Below are positions 63,301-64,000 of a stretch of 64,000 bases of DNA, in pieces. The position numbers and the translations under genes are program-made. The stretch comes from Candidatus Bathyarchaeota archaeon. Its GTDB lineage: Archaea > Thermoproteota > Bathyarchaeia > 40CM-2-53-6 > RBG-13-38-9. Numbering within the stretch: position 1 is the stretch's first letter; each line of letters starts with the position of its first letter. The DNA lies in assembly GCA_963807605.1 (NCBI GenBank), contig CAWECG010000004.1, positions 480,001-544,000 of the forward strand, given 5' to 3'. The notes under the pieces were generated by a model. The model searched no databases. It was given only the letters and a program-made list of their open reading frames with translations, and was not told where the DNA came from.

Positions 63301-64000
63301 TTGACACTCCCCTGCCTAAAGACAGGGGATTCTAGCTTCTATCATGTTCATCGGTTGATGGGTCATAGCGTTGTCGCGCTCCCACCTCATTCCATCCCAC
63401 TTTAGAAGGTTAGGGCGTGTCATCGCCCTGTTAATGACTCCCGCAGGGAGCTTAACCCCCTGAGTGAGTCCTATATTTACAACACCAGTAGCATCCCTAT
63501 TTGCTTCTAGTCCACAGTTAAGGCATTTGAAGAGTCTACCTTTCCTCTCAATATTTTCTGACCCACATCTCACGCATTTGCTTGAAGTCTTGTATTCGCT
63601 GACTTCTTTCACTCTTATGCCGTATTCTTGTGCCGTACACTTTAGTCTTTGAATGGTGTTTTTGAAGCTCCAGAAATTATGGATCATCGAGTTGCTCTTC
63701 TTGCCTTTGCTATTGTCCTCTCTAATGCCTCTCAGATCCCCTATCACAATCCTTGAGAACTCCCAGTTCGTAGAGGTCTCTTACCATGCTTCTTATCATG
63801 GTGTTGATGGCCTGTCGGAATCTCCGCTGCCTCACCCTGTACAGTCTACTGAGGTTCTTTGAACTCTTCTTGCCGTTGATTGTCTCAAGCATGCCCTGGC
63901 AATCCGCTATTCTCCTATTCCAGTACCACCAATCAGAGAGTAGATTTCTCCCACTGTATGCTATTGGTTGCCTCCATCCTTCAAGCCAAATGGTGAACAG
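63301..64000 (-). mobile_element. tnpB: TnpB-only element, family D copy 3 (partial; tnpB frameshifted near 63757)
   Basis: Right end TCAA at 63301-63304; homologous to D1 and D2; runs off the window. Confidence 0.92.

Overview
Archaeal chromosomal window. RadA, archaeal Rqc2/NEMF, an MtrH-family protein, PEF-CTERM and CFI-box-CTERM surface proteins and GGTGA/GGAGG ribosome-binding sites make Bathyarchaeia my best inference. About 18% of the window (~11.5 kb) is IS200/IS605-type TnpB-only elements with no tnpA: nine copies in four families (A: 1-1322 and 55207-56543; B: 4350-5674; C: 20297-21641, 23564-24905, 27580-28925; D: 13262-14629, 45103-46487, 63301-end) plus one 48-bp collapsed remnant. 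Host genes include SDRs, LplA/LplB, a KaiC-like module, an Opp/Dpp ABC transporter, CoA-ligase and CoA-transferase, a pyrC-Mut7C-AMMECR1-GT-HAD operon, radA, cell-surface and GT-C genes, and a catabolic island (AOR, amidase, class III aminotransferase, MtrH, LarA-like). Main observations: (1) the four families insert after TTAG, TTAT, TTAA and TTAC, and each target matches the IS608 base-pairing rule from one variable base of the left-end guide; (2) a family-B element has collapsed to an in-frame 48-bp single-hairpin scar inside a small membrane-protein ORF; (3) a family-C right end supplies a new start codon to the AMMECR1 gene it interrupted; (4) family-D TnpBs have the Fanzor-like rearranged RuvC site; (5) radA and an unannotated downstream gene have no ATG/GTG/TTG start. 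All calls come from reading the sequence by eye; no searches were run.
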